Shown here in pieces: positions 25,811-41,008 of a DNA stretch of 64,000 nt. This DNA comes from Octopus vulgaris (taxonomy: Eukaryota). The notes beneath the pieces were generated by a model, which made no database searches, was not told the DNA's origin, and worked only from the letters and a program-made list of their open reading frames with translations. The translations under genes and the position numbers were made by a program. Numbering within the stretch: the stretch's first letter is position 1; each line of letters opens with the position of its first letter. The stretch spans positions 4,154,001 to 4,218,000 of the forward strand of contig OX597840.1 in the NCBI GenBank assembly GCA_951406725.2. Direction: 5' to 3'.

Positions 25811-26477
25811 TGTGTGTGGGGGCCATTTTTGGATTGGTCCCAGAGTTTATTGTGGTGTGTGTAAATGGGTCAATGTAACACAAACACATAGAGATGTGCA
25901 CACACACACACACTCACACCATTCTGACCTCTGAGACCAATCCCCAAAACCGCTGAACCATGACAGACTAGCCCAGAAACAAAAAAATCCTTTTAATTCC
26001 ACATTGCTCTTCCTTCCCCCACTCCAACCAACCTCCCACACTGTCCCTTAAAATAGCAAACAAGCCTTAGCTAACACACAAAATTAAAAAAATGCTAGGA
26101 AAACAGGTTGGTTCTTCTCAAATTCTTTGTAAACTCTTAAATATATCTCCTGTGTATATATACACTACCAAACAAACATGATTTTTATAGAACTCCTAAT
26201 ACTTTTTCTGCGTATGTATATAGATACTACCAAACAAACATGATTTTTATTGAACTCCTAATACCTTTTGTTAAATATTTTCTTGTAAATTGTTTTTAAC
26301 ATTTTCTTATCATTATCAAAGAATGTATCGCTGTTTTTTAATACTTTTGTGATAACCAGTACTTAACACAAAGCTCATAAAAAGCTTTACATTTTACTTT
26401 TGACAATCTTTTTCTAAAAAAGTGAAACTGGTCAAGTAAATAAACATCTTTAAAATTGCATTTTCAAACCGTCTTTC

Positions 26478-26530
<53 letters not shown>

Positions 26531-26533
<3 letters not shown>

Positions 26534-26710
26534 GGCACGTGGCTTAGTGGTTAGGGTGTCAGCATCATGATTGTAAGATTGTGGTTTCGATTCCTGGACC
26601 GAGCAATGTGTTGTGTTCTTGAGCAAAACACTTCATTTCACGTTGCTCCAGTCAACTCAGCTGGCAAAAATGAGTAACACTGCGATGGACTGGCGTCCCG
26701 TCCAGCTGGG
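26531..26710 (+). mobile_element. tRNA-derived SINE family C (other copies 17712-17860, 42993-43320, 53780-54045 -, 23090-23310 -)
   Basis: GGAGGCACGTGGCTTAGTGGTTAGG...GGTTTCGATTCC, then GTTCTTGAGCAAAACACTT...CTCAGCTG. Confidence 0.75.
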
Positions 26711-26940
26711 GCAAGGCGGCAAGCTGGCAGAAATGCTAGCACCCCAGGCGAAATGCTCAGCAGTATTCCATCTGCCGCTACGTTCTGAGTTCAAATTCCA
26801 CCGAGGTCGACTTTGCCTTTCATCCTTTCGGGGTCGATTAAATAAGTACCAGTTACGCACTGGGGTCGATAAACTCGACTTAATCCGTTTGTCTGTCCTT
26901 GTTTGTCCCTTCTGTGTCTAGCCCCTTGTGGGTAGTAAAG

Positions 26941-26982
<42 letters not shown>

Positions 26983-27810
26983 CACCCACTACACTCTTGG
27001 AGTGATTGGTGTTAGGAAGGGCATCCAGCCGTAGAAACACTGCCAAATCAGACTGGGTCTGGTGCAGCCTTCTGGCTTCCCAGACCCCAGTTGAACCGTC
27101 CAACCCATGGAAAGCGGACGCTAAATGATGATGATGATGATAGTGGGTGCTGGTGCAATGTAAAAACCAGCCAGTGGAGCCATAGAAGCTATACCAAATC
27201 AGACTGGAACTTTATGCAGCTCCCGGCCGTCCCACCTCCTGTCAAACCGTCCAACCCATGCCAGCATGGAAAAATGGACGTTAAATAACGATGGTACACG
27301 CATATATACACGCACGTACAGTTCTATGACAACAACAACAACCAACACTGTGCGTGCGTGGTGCGTGACTGAATGAGTGTAGGTTCGTGTGTGTGATTTG
27401 TGGAAGATGTTTTTGTACAAATATATAAAAATGTGAAGTGGATTGGAAGTATTCAGTGATAGACGTTTGTCATATGACACCTCTGAGGGAGAGAATGTAC
27501 GTTTATGTGTGTCAATATATATACAAGGAGTAGGTATAAATATAAGTATATTCATATGGTATGCATTCGTTTCTCTGGTTGTAGAAACTTTGTGTACTTG
27601 ACTGTACAAAAAGTATGTTATGAAATTAGATGGTGCGTGTGTGTGTGCATAATATTATATATATATAGAGAGAGGGGGGAGACAGACAGATTCTGTGTGT
27701 GTGTGTGTGTGATCCAAGCTAGTGTGGACGAACAGACGTCTGAATATACTTGATAAATATTATATATTGTATAATATACACGCACGCACGTACATATACT
27801 GTCTCTATGC

Positions 27811-27854
<44 letters not shown>

Positions 27855-28196
27855 ACAAAGGGTAAAATTAATTAATTAAGAAGTAATCAATAATTTCACT
27901 AAGTAGAAATTCGGCATGAAAAAAGGAGCAATTCACGGTAAACTTAAGTAATACTTTATAATTAGGGTTCAGCAAAGATTTGCTTCACCACATACCGAAG
28001 TTTAGAAATAGCAGCCAAAAAACCTTAGCTATTTCTTCTACTTTAGAATTGCTTTCAAGGATTGTTTTCAAGTATTTTGGTTTTTCTGGGAGTCCCTTTT
28101 TAAAGTGGAAGAAATAGCTAAGGTTTTTTTGGGGGGCTGCTATTTCTAAACTTCGGTATGTGGTAAAGCAAATCTTTGCTGAACCCTAATTATAAA

Positions 28197-28236
<40 letters not shown>

Positions 28237-28487
28237 GCATTGAGTCGAACCAGGGACAGCTGATGAAGGGGAATATTCCTTGTATTGTTCGTCTTGTACT
28301 CTGTTTTTTCGTTATTAAAATAAAGTCCGTTTCCTTGCTTGATTTCATGTTTTCGTTTCTCGTTGTGTTCTACGTTTATTTGTGGTGTCCTGTACTCATA
28401 TACGCATGTATATATACATATAGATGGAGGTGTGTACATATATGTGTGTATGTATGCATATGTTGTATTTATTAAATTGTTATTATA

Positions 28488-28551
<64 letters not shown>

Positions 28552-28675
28552 CAAGTAATGAGAGAGAGTCCACATGTGGTCACTCTAACGCTAGATATAG
28601 ATGCACGACGGGTGTTTTAAATTGATGTTATTAATTAATATTCAATTTTTTTCATCCTTATTGTGATTTATATAT

Positions 28676-28728
<53 letters not shown>

Positions 28729-29305
28729 CATACACACATACAATAACCTGAGAATAGTGAAAACGGAACGAAATATTTTATAAACTTCGAATAAACGAAT
28801 GAATACACACATATATATATATATGTGAGTGTGTGTGTGTATGTATGTAGTTTACTGTTCTGATAAGCTAAGATCAACAAAAAAAAAGTACCCCATCGAG
28901 AAAGATAAATATTATTTAATGTACACAAATACAAAGGTGCGAGCTACAAGCAACAAGAAACTATAAGTAGTTCGTATCTTCACACTGAGTACATTAAAGT
29001 ATATATATATATATATATATATATACATACATGTAGAAAATTACCCTTTAACAGGTAAGTTTTACATGCTAGAAATAGCAGCCAACACAGCCAAAAACCA
29101 TAACAAGGTAAAGGTTTTTATTTTTCATTTACTTCGAAATTTGCTATGAAATTGTGGTTTTTGGCCGTGTTGGCTGCTATTTCTAGCATGTAAAAATTAC
29201 CTGTTAAAGGGTAATTTTCTATTTTGAAATACGAATATGTTGTCTATTGACTTTTTATACATGCTGGGCCACTAGTGGTGATATTTATAACGAGTATTCG
29301 CCACA

Positions 29306-29833
<528 letters not shown>

Positions 29834-30657
29834 CGCAAGATTATAGCCATTCCGCATCACCACCAATAAATTTATCAACCTCCTCATTAAAGACAGCAAT
29901 AAAAAAAATCATAATTGATGATTATTATCATTACAATATTAAAAACCATCATTATCATTATTATTATTATCGTCATCATTATTATTAATTAAAAAAAAGC
30001 CAGGCATTAATTATATACGACGGTGGTGAATAGTGAAGAAATATTTATGTCCTTTAACAAAAACAAAATCCCACAAATAACATTCCAGGCATTTAATTAA
30101 CGATATCGTATAAGACAAGCACTTGGTGGGTTCTCTAATTGGCTGTGTAACCCCATGCGGACCCCTTCATAGGGTGAAGGGTCTTTCAGAGCTTTAATTA
30201 TACTTAGGTGAACGACCTGTGTTTTATAGGGATGTAATAAGACTACATAATGTATTTGTTGCATGGAATCATAAGTTAGGTCATAGTGGGCGGGGAACTG
30301 GTTGGAGGGCGGTTTAGCTGCTATTCTGGGTGCTTTGGGTAATCATGAAGAGGGTTCCTTGGTCCGATCGTCCGTTTGTGTATGGGAGATGTGTATATGG
30401 AAGGTAGTTGAAGAATTTGGAGGACCAGCAAGGGTGAGGCTGTAACTTTTTAGGCTCGATTTGCAACAAAGAAGAACTAAATCTCCGCTGCAAGTTAACA
30501 GCCTCACCACCTTTGTTGGTTTCTAAATTCTTCAATTACCTTTGGGTGTGTGTGTGTGTGTTTGAAAGAGGGCCTATAGTGTAATGCATCGGGCAGTTCT
30601 TTGTATGATGGAATATCAAACATACACACGTAAACACACAAACATACTCATAGGTAT

Positions 30658-30694
<37 letters not shown>

Positions 30695-31485
30695 CACACA
30701 CGGAGCGAAATGTTTTATAACTTCGAATAAACGAATGAATATATATACATATATATATAGTTTACCGTTCCGATATATATATACATATACACACATATAT
30801 ATATACATATATATATATATACGTATACACACGTATATATACCTATACACACATATATATATACCTATACACACATATATATATACCTATACACACATAT
30901 ATATATACATATACACACATATATATATATACATATACACACATATATATATACATATACACACATATATATATATACATATACACACATATATATATAT
31001 ACATATACACACATATATATATATACATATACACACATATATATATATATACATATACACACATATATATATATATACATATACACACATATATACCTAT
31101 ACACACATATATATACACAGATATACACATATATATACATATACACGCATATATATACATATATATATACATACATACACACATACATACATGCGCGTAT
31201 TATAATTTCTACGTGGGTTAGCATATATAAATATAAGACCAGTCAGACGTAGTGTTGACGTATATACATATATCTATATATATATATACACACCTCACAC
31301 TCACACACACAAAGATGTATATATATATATATTTATTTCCTCCCGAAAAACAAACATACATACATGCACATATGAGTGCATATACACAGAGATACATCCA
31401 CAGATGATGACGATGATGATGATGATGATGCTATACATATGAAATAAATAAATATATATATATACACATATATATATATACTCAC

Positions 31486-31501
31486 AGTCTGCCAACTCCA
31501 T
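31486..31501 (-). CDS. ATG4B: ATG4 cysteine protease, coding exon 1 (MELAD + 1 nt)
   Basis: ATG GAG TTG GCA GAC T followed by a strong GTGAGT donor. Phase 1 joins the 2-nt start (CC) of exon 2 to give TCC (Ser). A very short first coding exon is typical of ATG4A/B. ETS-like motifs lie just upstream. Confidence 0.72.
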
Positions 31502-31504
31502 TAT

Positions 31505-31600
31505 TTGTCCAGCAGGAAGTTATGGCATCACTTGACAGAAGCTTTTTTTTGTGTGTTTGACTCAACAAATAAGACGGAACCGGAAATCTACGAGATGATG
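31505..31600 (-). promoter_or_regulatory. Putative ATG4 5'UTR/core promoter with ETS-type motifs
   Basis: Short unique, locally CpG-containing island between microsatellites, directly upstream of the ATG. CAGGAAGT at 31513-31520 and CGGAACCGGAAA at about 31575-31586. Function is inferred. Confidence 0.4.
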
Positions 31601-32490
31601 TAGAAGAAAGGGGTGTATATAAACGTATGTATGTGTCTATGGCTACATATATGTGTGTATATGTGTGTATATATGTGTGTAGGTAGGCAGGTGTGTGTGT
31701 ACGTGTGAATATGTGTATATATGTATATCACAAAACAGCTGTAACTCAGTAACTGCAATTAATTTGTTCTAATTAATTATGCATATAATACATAATACAA
31801 TATAATTATATTTTATATTTCATTTAGATATATATATATACATATATATATATACGTATTTCAAAATAGAAAATTACCCTTTAACGGGTAATTTTTACAT
31901 GCTAGAAATAGCAGCCAACAACGGCCAAAAAATCACAATTTCATAGCAAATTTCGAAGTAAATGAAAAATAAAAATATATGTAAAATATATGAAAAATAC
32001 ATAACAAGGTAACGATTTTTATTTTTCATTTACTTCGAAATTTGCTATAAAATTGTGGTTTTTGGCCATGTTGGCTGCTATTTCTAGCATGTAAAAATTA
32101 CCTGTTAAAGGGTTATTTTCTATTTTGAAATACGAATATGTTGTCTATTGACTTTTTATACATGCAAGGCTACTGGAATATTCGACCACCCTATATATAA
32201 ATATATATATACATACATATATATATATATATATATACATACATATATATATATATATATATATGTTAAGTTATATAAGGAGCTATTTGCACTTTCGCAC
32301 GACAAGGGAGATAACTGTATTGTTATGTATATTCAAAAGCTGAAGAGAGGGGCTCATAAAAAGGTACGAGACCTGACGCCTGAAGAGAAGGGACCAATCG
32401 ATTACGTCGTGTCCCGGTTGTCACCTGCTACTTGTTTTATCGACCCAGAAAGGATGAAAAGCAAAGGTCGAGCTCGGACAAAATGCCGCC

Positions 32491-33080
32491 GATCTTTTCG
32501 GTTTGAACGGCAGTTTTTTTTTTTAAATAATTTCCACGTAACTAAACACTTTTAAACTTCGTATACTGGTAGAATGTGTTTAGTATTTCGTCTGCCGCTA
32601 TGTTCTGAGTTCAAATTCCGTCGAGGTCGACTTTGCCTTTCATCCTTTCGGGGTCGATAAATTAAGTACCAGTTACGCACTGGGGTCGATGTAATCGACT
32701 TAATCCGTTTGTCTGTCCTTGTTTGTCCCCTCTGTGTGTAGCACCTTGTGGATAAGTAAAGAAATAGGTAGAATGTGTTTATAAAACATCTTTTTCTCTT
32801 GGCTTTATTGAGGTAAAAAAAAAAAAACATTCTGTGCCGTATGAATATGTCCCTAGTTTAAGAAACAGATTGGGACATATTCATACGACACAATGTTTTT
32901 TTTTTTACCTCAATAGACGTCAGTGATTGGTTGAAATTGCAGAAACTGAAGAAAAAAACAACAAATATTTTACAAACTATACAATTTTCTCAATAAAGCC
33001 AAGAGAAAAAGATGTTTTATAAACACATTCTACCAGTATACGATTTATGTTAAAAACTGCCGGTTAAACCGAAAAGATCC
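32491..33080. mobile_element. Fold-back MITE of unassigned superfamily containing a nested SINE
   Basis: GATCTTTTCGGTTTGAACGGCAGTTTT / AAAACTGCCGGTTAAACCGAAAAGATC termini plus long internal inverted arms. Confidence 0.7.
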
Positions 33081-35994
33081 CCCATTTTTATTTGAATAAA
33101 TAGCAAGCAGAGCGTCTGTCTCAAAATCCAAAAGTAACTCCAAGCAATCTGAAGGTCCTGAGTTCAATCCTCATTCAAGGCAGATCTTAGGTGCAGGCGT
33201 GACTGTAGTAAGAAATTTGCTTCCCAACCACACTGTACCAGGTTCAGCCCCACTGCATAGCATCTTGGGCAAGTGTCTCCTACTATAGCTTTGGGTTGTC
33301 TAAATCCTTATGAGTGTATTTGGTTTACGGAAACTGGAAGAAGCCTAGTTTTGTGTAGGTGTTTATCCCCCACCACTGCTTGCAACCTGTGTTGGTGTGT
33401 TTACATTTTTCCATTTGAGTTAATACAGAATTACAGATAGAATTTATAGGAATTTTGATTTACTGTCGGGTGACTTTTGGCCAACCCTGTAAATATGTGT
33501 GTGTGTGTGTGTGTGTGTGCTAAAATGAAACAACAAAACCAAGGCTGTATGGAATTTATAGGAGATTTATAGGACTGCCTTTCTCTTTATAAATGTCTTA
33601 TAAATTCCACATAGCTTGGTATGTGGTGTATATCACACCACAATATACATTATACCACTCCTCAGCACACTACACAATACTGCTTCACAGTGCACTACAG
33701 AATGCCACTCCATGGCACACAAAATGCCACTTCACAGCACACTACAGAATGCCACTCCACAGTGCACTATGACCCGGCAATGTTGGGTCATAGTGCTAGT
33801 GCATGCATATACAGCTGCATGCATGCACACATACATGTGAGTACTGTCCAAATCTCTGACCAATCACATACAGCTAGCTGGCATTCAATTGGCGAATCAG
33901 GTTTCGGGCATTTCGATTGGGTTTTGGATAGAAATTTCACAAAAAAGTCACTTCTATTGACTTTTTAATGGCTTTGCAGGGTGACTGGGGAAATGTAAAG
34001 ATGTGCACGCCCACCCTTGGACGGTTTTGAATGACCATAGAAAGTGTGAGCCCTCTAACTGAAAAATTGTGGATTTGTATAAAGGACACACACACAGACA
34101 TTTTGCCATTTGTATATATAGAGATATACATGCTCACACAAGACCTGCATTAGACTCTTCACTTGTCTTATTATTGAACCGAAAGTCTAACTATGGTCCT
34201 CCTGTAGCACTTAAATAGCCTTACCTGCCATCTTGGGTCTCCTGGATACCAATACCTCTCATATATACACACACACATATATATATTAAAACTGACCCCA
34301 TAAAGACAAAAAAAAATCAGTGGTAGGCAGAGTCTTCTTGATAATTTCAGTTACTTCTATGCTGTAATAGAGGCAACATGTTCTTTGTCTATCTCCTAAA
34401 CTTCTTGGATATTTTAGGTATAATTATACTAATGTGTCCATTTATTCCAATTTAATTAAATTCTATGTCTTTGTGCAGCTGAAGATTGCTCTGCATTTTA
34501 AATTGACATAATGATTGCATTGTTCAATTAAATGGAGTTGCATGAAACGATTGTACTGCATTACCTCTGGATATCCTTGTTGCTTATTTGCATATATATA
34601 TATATATATATATACACGCAACAGTCTTCTTTCAGTTTCTGTCTACCAAATCCACTCTCAAGGCTTTGGTCAGCCTGAGGCTATTAGTAAAAGACACTTG
34701 CCCAAGGTGCCGTGCAGTGGGACTGACCCTGGAACCATGTGGTTGGGAAGCAAGCTTCTTACCACAAAGCTACGCCTGGTCTTTTTATTCTTTTACCTGT
34801 TTCAGTCATTTGCTTGCAGCCATGCTGGGGCACCACCTTTAGTCAAACAAATTGACTCTAGGACTTATTCTTTGTAAGCCTAGTACTTATTCTATCAGCC
34901 TCTTTTGCTGAACCGCTAAGTTACGGGGATGTGAACACACCAACACTGGTTGTCAAGCAGTGGTGGGGTCTAACAGACACACAAACATATACACACACAT
35001 ACACATGGATATATAAAACAGGCTTCTTTCAATTTATGTCTACTAAATCCACTCACTCAGCCTAAGGCTATAATAAAAGACATTTGCCTAAGGTGCCATG
35101 CAGTGGGACTGAACCTGAAACCATGTGGTTAGGAAGCAAGCTTCTTACCTCAAAGCCACGCCTGGTCATTTCTTTTTTTTTTTTTTTTTTGCCAAATAAT
35201 CACATACACTATCTACTCATTCTTCACTTCAGCAATTTTATTAATTTAATTCCAGTGTCCTTTGTCTGAAATCATTTGTCACACACCCTGTGACCTCTTC
35301 AGCAATTCTCCATTCCACGTGCTTCCTCCTGCCCTGTTTAGTCCATAGTGTCATTTAATGTATTTAAATATTTAATCTGGTATTTAGCATGGCCTAGTGG
35401 TGAGAGCAGCGGACTTGCAGTTGAGGGATCATATCCTTCCTTTCATAAGAAATCTTGAAGCAATCTTAGTTACTATTTCATCACTATTTCTAGCACACTG
35501 ATTGGCCACCTTGAGGCTGACTTTATTGACTGCTGCTACTATCCTGACATTGTGTTGTTCCTGTTGCTGTTGTCTTCATCCAGTGTCTGTTGATGGACCA
35601 TTTTAAAAACTCAATCAACAAACATTCAAAAAACTTTTTTTTTAAAATACAGAAAAAAAACAAAAAAAAAACTAAGCATTGTCATTCCACTGTAGAAAGA
35701 TGGAAGGAAAAAAAATGCGACATCACATAAAGGAAGACAATCCTGCCATACCAGTCCATGATGAAATGCATTTGGCCTAACTCTCCATGATATAATTACG
35801 GTATACCACTCCACAATAAAACATCTAAGCCTTGCAAACCATACCACACCACTCCAACCCAGTGCACTCCATACTGTAGCACTGAATTTCATACCACTCC
35901 ATATTATACTAATTCACCCCATGCCCCTTCCAGACCACTTCATTTCATCCACTGTCATATTGTTCCCTACTGAAACATGCCACTCTCTACCATC

Positions 35995-36530
35995 ACAAAG
36001 CAGTGTATATCACACCATAGCACACAATATAACCACAAAGTACATTATACCACTCCACAGGGCACTACGGAATGTCACTCTGCCGCACACAAGATGCTAC
36101 TTCACGGCACACTACAGAATGCCACTCCAAAACACACTACAGAATGTCACTTCACAGCACACTACAGAATGCCCCTCCATGGCATACTACAGAATGCCCC
36201 TCCATGGCACACAAAATGTCACTTCGCAGCACGCTACAGAATGCCACTCCACAGCACACTACAGAATGTCACTTCACAGCACACTACAGAATACCCCCCC
36301 CCATGGCACACAAAATTCCACTTCACAGCACCCTACAGAATGCCACTCGATTGGCACACAAAATGCCACTCCACAGCATACTAGAATGCCACTTCACAGT
36401 ATACTACAGAATGTCACTCCACAGCACACTACAGAATTCCACACATAATGTCACTTTACAGCATACTACAGAATGCCACTCCATCCCATATCGTGTCAAA
36501 TGATACAATATCATACCACTCCAAAGCAGT
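35995..36530. repeat. Degenerate ~23-25 bp minisatellite (CACAGCACACTACAGAATGCCACT); shorter array at 33630-33768
   Basis: Repeating ACTACAGAATG(C/T)CACT units. Confidence 0.8.
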
Positions 36531-36699
36531 GCATCATTTGCCTTTGACTTCACCAACACAGGGTTTTGTGGCTAAATTTGTAAGTTTGCATAAAAGGGAA
36601 AGAAAACAATATCCCATCCAAAAATGAGAGTATTGTAAAAAATCAAAACACATCAACAAGATTATAGGTGAGAAATAACAAATAACTGGCCACAGCTTC

Positions 36700-37090
36700 C
36701 ATCAAGGCCTCAAGATGGCCCCAGAACCTGTCACATGCATTCCACACTGAGATCTTCAAACACCTCCTTGACCTTGGTCACCAGCTCAGCCTTGGTGTTA
36801 CAAGTAGAGCAGTTGGTGGTGTCTTTCACAACCATGTCCCACACATTGTAATCCATGAGATTACAGCCAGAGGAATTAGAAGGCCAGAAACAGGCTGTTG
36901 AGATTGTAGAAATCCTCCAACAATCACTTCTTTCCAGAGGTATGGCAAGGAACCAAACCCTGTTGCCACCAAATGGTCTTCCAACAGCAACCCTCTCTGC
37001 CAAGGTTTCACCACAGTCTCCAGTAGCTTTGCATAGCCATCTGAATTGAGCCAAAGATGCAGGGATGAATTCTAGCATGCCAACACAGAG
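36700..37090 (-). pseudogene. Tc1/maT-type transposase remnant
   Basis: FWPSNSSGCNLMDYNVW resembles the WPPNSPDLNPLDYxVW catalytic-region motif. Confidence 0.6.
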
Positions 37091-40000
37091 AACCTACCGT
37101 GTTCCTTTCTACTGGTCACAGCTTCATAATCTCTGTTGCAGCTGTCCTTGTCATATCTTACAACCTTTGCAGTGTTCAGAGCATTGAGCAGCAGTCAAGA
37201 TATTGGCATTTTGGTAAAAGGGAACCATTCGAGCATGATCATTACCAGCATCGCCTTACTGGCACCTGTGCCGGTGGCATGTGTAAAAGATTCGAGCAGG
37301 GTCGTTGCCAGTACCGCCTGACTGGCCCCGTGCCGGTGGCACATAAAAAGCACCCACTACACTCTCGGAGTGGTTGGCATTAGGAAGGGCATCCAGCTGT
37401 AGAAACTCTGCCAGATCAAGATTGAAGCCTGGTAGAGCTATCTGGTTCGCCAGCCCTCAGTCATTCGCCCAACCCATGCCAGCATGGAAAACGGACGTTA
37501 AATGGTGGTGATGATGACGACGACAACGCCTAGTATGAATCATCACAATACAGTTAAATCATTTCTAATATTCAGATAGCTTCCAGCCTGCCATGTCAGT
37601 TGACTTTTTCTCAACTACAACTTTAATCTTTATGCTCTCCAACGCTGTTGACTGTTCACCAATGCATTAAGCTGTTCCTGAAAAAAAAGGGGACATTAAA
37701 AAAAAGAAATCAGCAAAATTAACCCAAACACCCTGTATTCCATCCCATCCCTATTTCTTTACTATCCAAAAGGGGTTAAACACAGAGAGGACAAACAAGG
37801 GCAGACAAATGGATTAAGTCGATTTTATCAACCCCAGTGCGTAACTGGTACTTAATTTATCGACCCCAAAAGGATGAAAGGCAAAGTCGACCTTGGCGGA
37901 ATTTGAACTCAGAACGTAACGGCAGACGAAATACCTATTTCTTTACTACCCACCAGGGGCTAAACACAGAGAGGACAAACAGATTAAGTCGATTATATCT
38001 ACCCCAGTGCGTAACTGGTACTTAATTTATCGACCCCGAAAGGATGAAAGGCAAAGTCGACCTCAGCGGAATTTGAACTCAGAACGTAACAGCAGACGAA
38101 ATACCGCTACGCATTTCACCAGGCATGCTAACGATTCTGCCAGCTCGCCACCTTTCCATCCCATACCAAGCAACAGTCAACACCACACAACTCCAAGCAC
38201 ACTACTGCATCCCAAGCCACAACACATACACCATACCACACTACTCCATCCCATACAACAGCATATACCACTCCACATCAGGATAAAAACAATGACTCAA
38301 AAATAACACTTACTCTCTCTCTTTACTCTTTTACTTGTTTCAGTCATTTGACTGCAGCCATGCTGGAGCATCGCCTTTAGTCAAACAAATCGACCCCGGT
38401 ACTTATTCTATCGGTCTCTTTTGCCGAACCGCTAAGTGACGGGGACGTAAACACACCAGCATTGGTTATCAAGCAATGCTAGGGGGACACACAAACATAC
38501 ACACAAACATATACACACACATACATATATATATACGACAGGCTTCTTTCAGTTTCCGTCTACCAAATACACTCACTATAGCAGGAGACACTTGCCCAAG
38601 GTGCTGCACAGTGGGACTGAACCCGGAACCATGTTGTTGGTAAGCAAGCTACTTACCACACAGCCATATATATATATATATATACGACAGGCTTCTTTCA
38701 GTTTCCGTCTACCAAATCCACTCACAAGGCATTGGTCGGCCCGGGGCTCTTTGCCCAAGATGCCACGCAGTGGGACTGAACCCAGAACCATGTGGTTGGT
38801 TAGCAAGCTACTTACCACACAGCCACTCCTGCACCTACTTGAATATTTTTTTTGTTGTCTTTGGTCAGTAAGTGTTATTTCCTATTTGCTTCTATCTCGA
38901 AATCATAGGAAATGACTATTGTTCTCTTCAGACTTTGCCTTTTGTCACTTGGGCATCAATGTTTTAAAGCTGACCTATTTTCCATTACGTTTCAAACAGA
39001 TTCAGTGCAGAGTTGCTGAAACAAATATCCCTATAGCAAATTCTATTGTGTCTAGGGAGAGTCATTTTCGTTTTGTGTCTTATTATTCTGCACAAAACCA
39101 GATTTGCTTGTCAGTTGTTTGACCTTAACCACTTGAGCATGACCTGTTGGCCAACAATATGTGCATCTCTGATCATGAGCAGTGGGGGAGCATCATAGCT
39201 ATGTGGAGAGGGATTCTTGAGAGGGTTTAACCGTTTACTCATTTCAGTCATTTGACTGCGACCATGCTGGAGCACCGCCTTTAGTCGAGCAAATCGACCC
39301 CGGGACTTATTCTTTGTAAGCCCGGTACTTATTCTATCGGTCTCTTTTGCCAAACGCTAAGTGACGGGGACGTAAACACACCAGCATCGGTTGTCAAGCA
39401 ATGCTAGGGGGACAAACACAGACACACAAACATACACGCACACACACATATATATATATACGATGGGCTTCTTTCAGTTTCCGTCTACCAAATCCACTCA
39501 CAAGGCCTTGGTCAGCCCGAGGCTATAGTAGAAGACACTTGCCCAAGATGCCACGCAGTGGGACTGAACCCGGAACCATGTGGTTGGTAAGCAAGCTACT
39601 TACCACACAGTCACTCCTGCGCCTGTTCATATTATTCTGCCAAAATTAATGCTTTTTTATCCACATTGTTTTGAACCAATCTTGCATTATCTTGTAGCTA
39701 TGAGATTTTGAAGAGGTTGCTGTTAAATTTTAAAACGATATTGTAGGGTTGGTGTGAGAGACCAGATCTGGCCAGTTTGAACATAAAACAGGCAGAATAC
39801 TTTTGGCCGGATATGGCCAGTTTAAATGCCAAAGGGTTAAAAAAATGTAACAAAAGCAAAGTTTGAAGGAAATATCAACCAGTTTTGATACTTTCTGGGG
39901 ATAAATAAATAAATAAGAATAACCGTAGCTACTCTAGGACAAAAATCATGTTACACAAAGAAATATAAAAATACAAGAAAATAAATAAATCTGTATGGTT

Positions 40001-40260
40001 TTTTTTTTATATATATTTTTCTTTCTTTTCTTGGATTTAAAATTTTTTTTTAAAGTTTTCCCTTAGTTTATTCTGTCTGGGTATATATATATATATATAC
40101 ACATACATATATATATAGAATTATATACACTCATTCGTACATACATGTATGTATGTATGTACAGATATAAGTCTGTTGATTGGTTGAAATCATTGTCTTG
40201 GTCACACTTGAGTCATCACCACCATGCATTATGTTTCTGCATGAATTTATATGTGTGTAA

Positions 40261-40321
<61 letters not shown>

Positions 40322-40345
40322 TAGATATATATATATATAATAGAT

Positions 40346-40405
<60 letters not shown>

Positions 40406-40443
40406 TATGGATATATATATAGATAGATATATGATATATATAT

Positions 40444-40515
<72 letters not shown>

Positions 40516-40562
40516 ATATATATATAGATAGATAGATATATATATATGGATATATATATAGA

Positions 40563-40599
<37 letters not shown>

Positions 40600-40802
40600 G
40601 ATATATGGGCCATATAATGCACTATAGATATATATATAGATATATATATAGATAGATATATATACATACATATATATATATAGATATATATATACATACA
40701 TATATATACACACACACACATATATATATATTTATATATTTGTATGTTTTGTCTATACATATTCATATGTACATGTTTGTGCATGGGAGTCTATATATGT
40801 GG

Positions 40803-40847
<45 letters not shown>

Positions 40848-40977
40848 GTGTGCATGTATAGGTACAAAATTCACAATACAGAGTGTCCTGGTATCACACC
40901 AACCAGGTAATGGCCCTGATTTCCAGCACAGAGTCTCGACCAAGTCAATGCAATGTGTAATACTTACATACATACAT

Positions 40978-41008
<31 letters not shown>

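Noticed and set aside
28255-28290. CTGATGA followed by a GGAATATTCC hairpin, as a possible hammerhead
   Set aside because: No GAAA or cleavage triplet follows the stem. It is at most a half-site in a Penelope-like fragment.
29069-29081. GCTAGAAATAGCA, identical to part of the SpCas9 sgRNA scaffold
   Set aside because: Only 13 nt match. The flanks are not scaffold, and the word belongs to an endogenous repeat box with natural variants. It is neither CRISPR nor vector contamination.
35995-36530. Periodic ~24-bp repeat and the three overlapping ORFs on it, considered as a CRISPR array or repeat protein
   Set aside because: The units are adjacent and degenerate with no unique spacers and no cas genes. 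Openness in several frames reflects the satellite composition.
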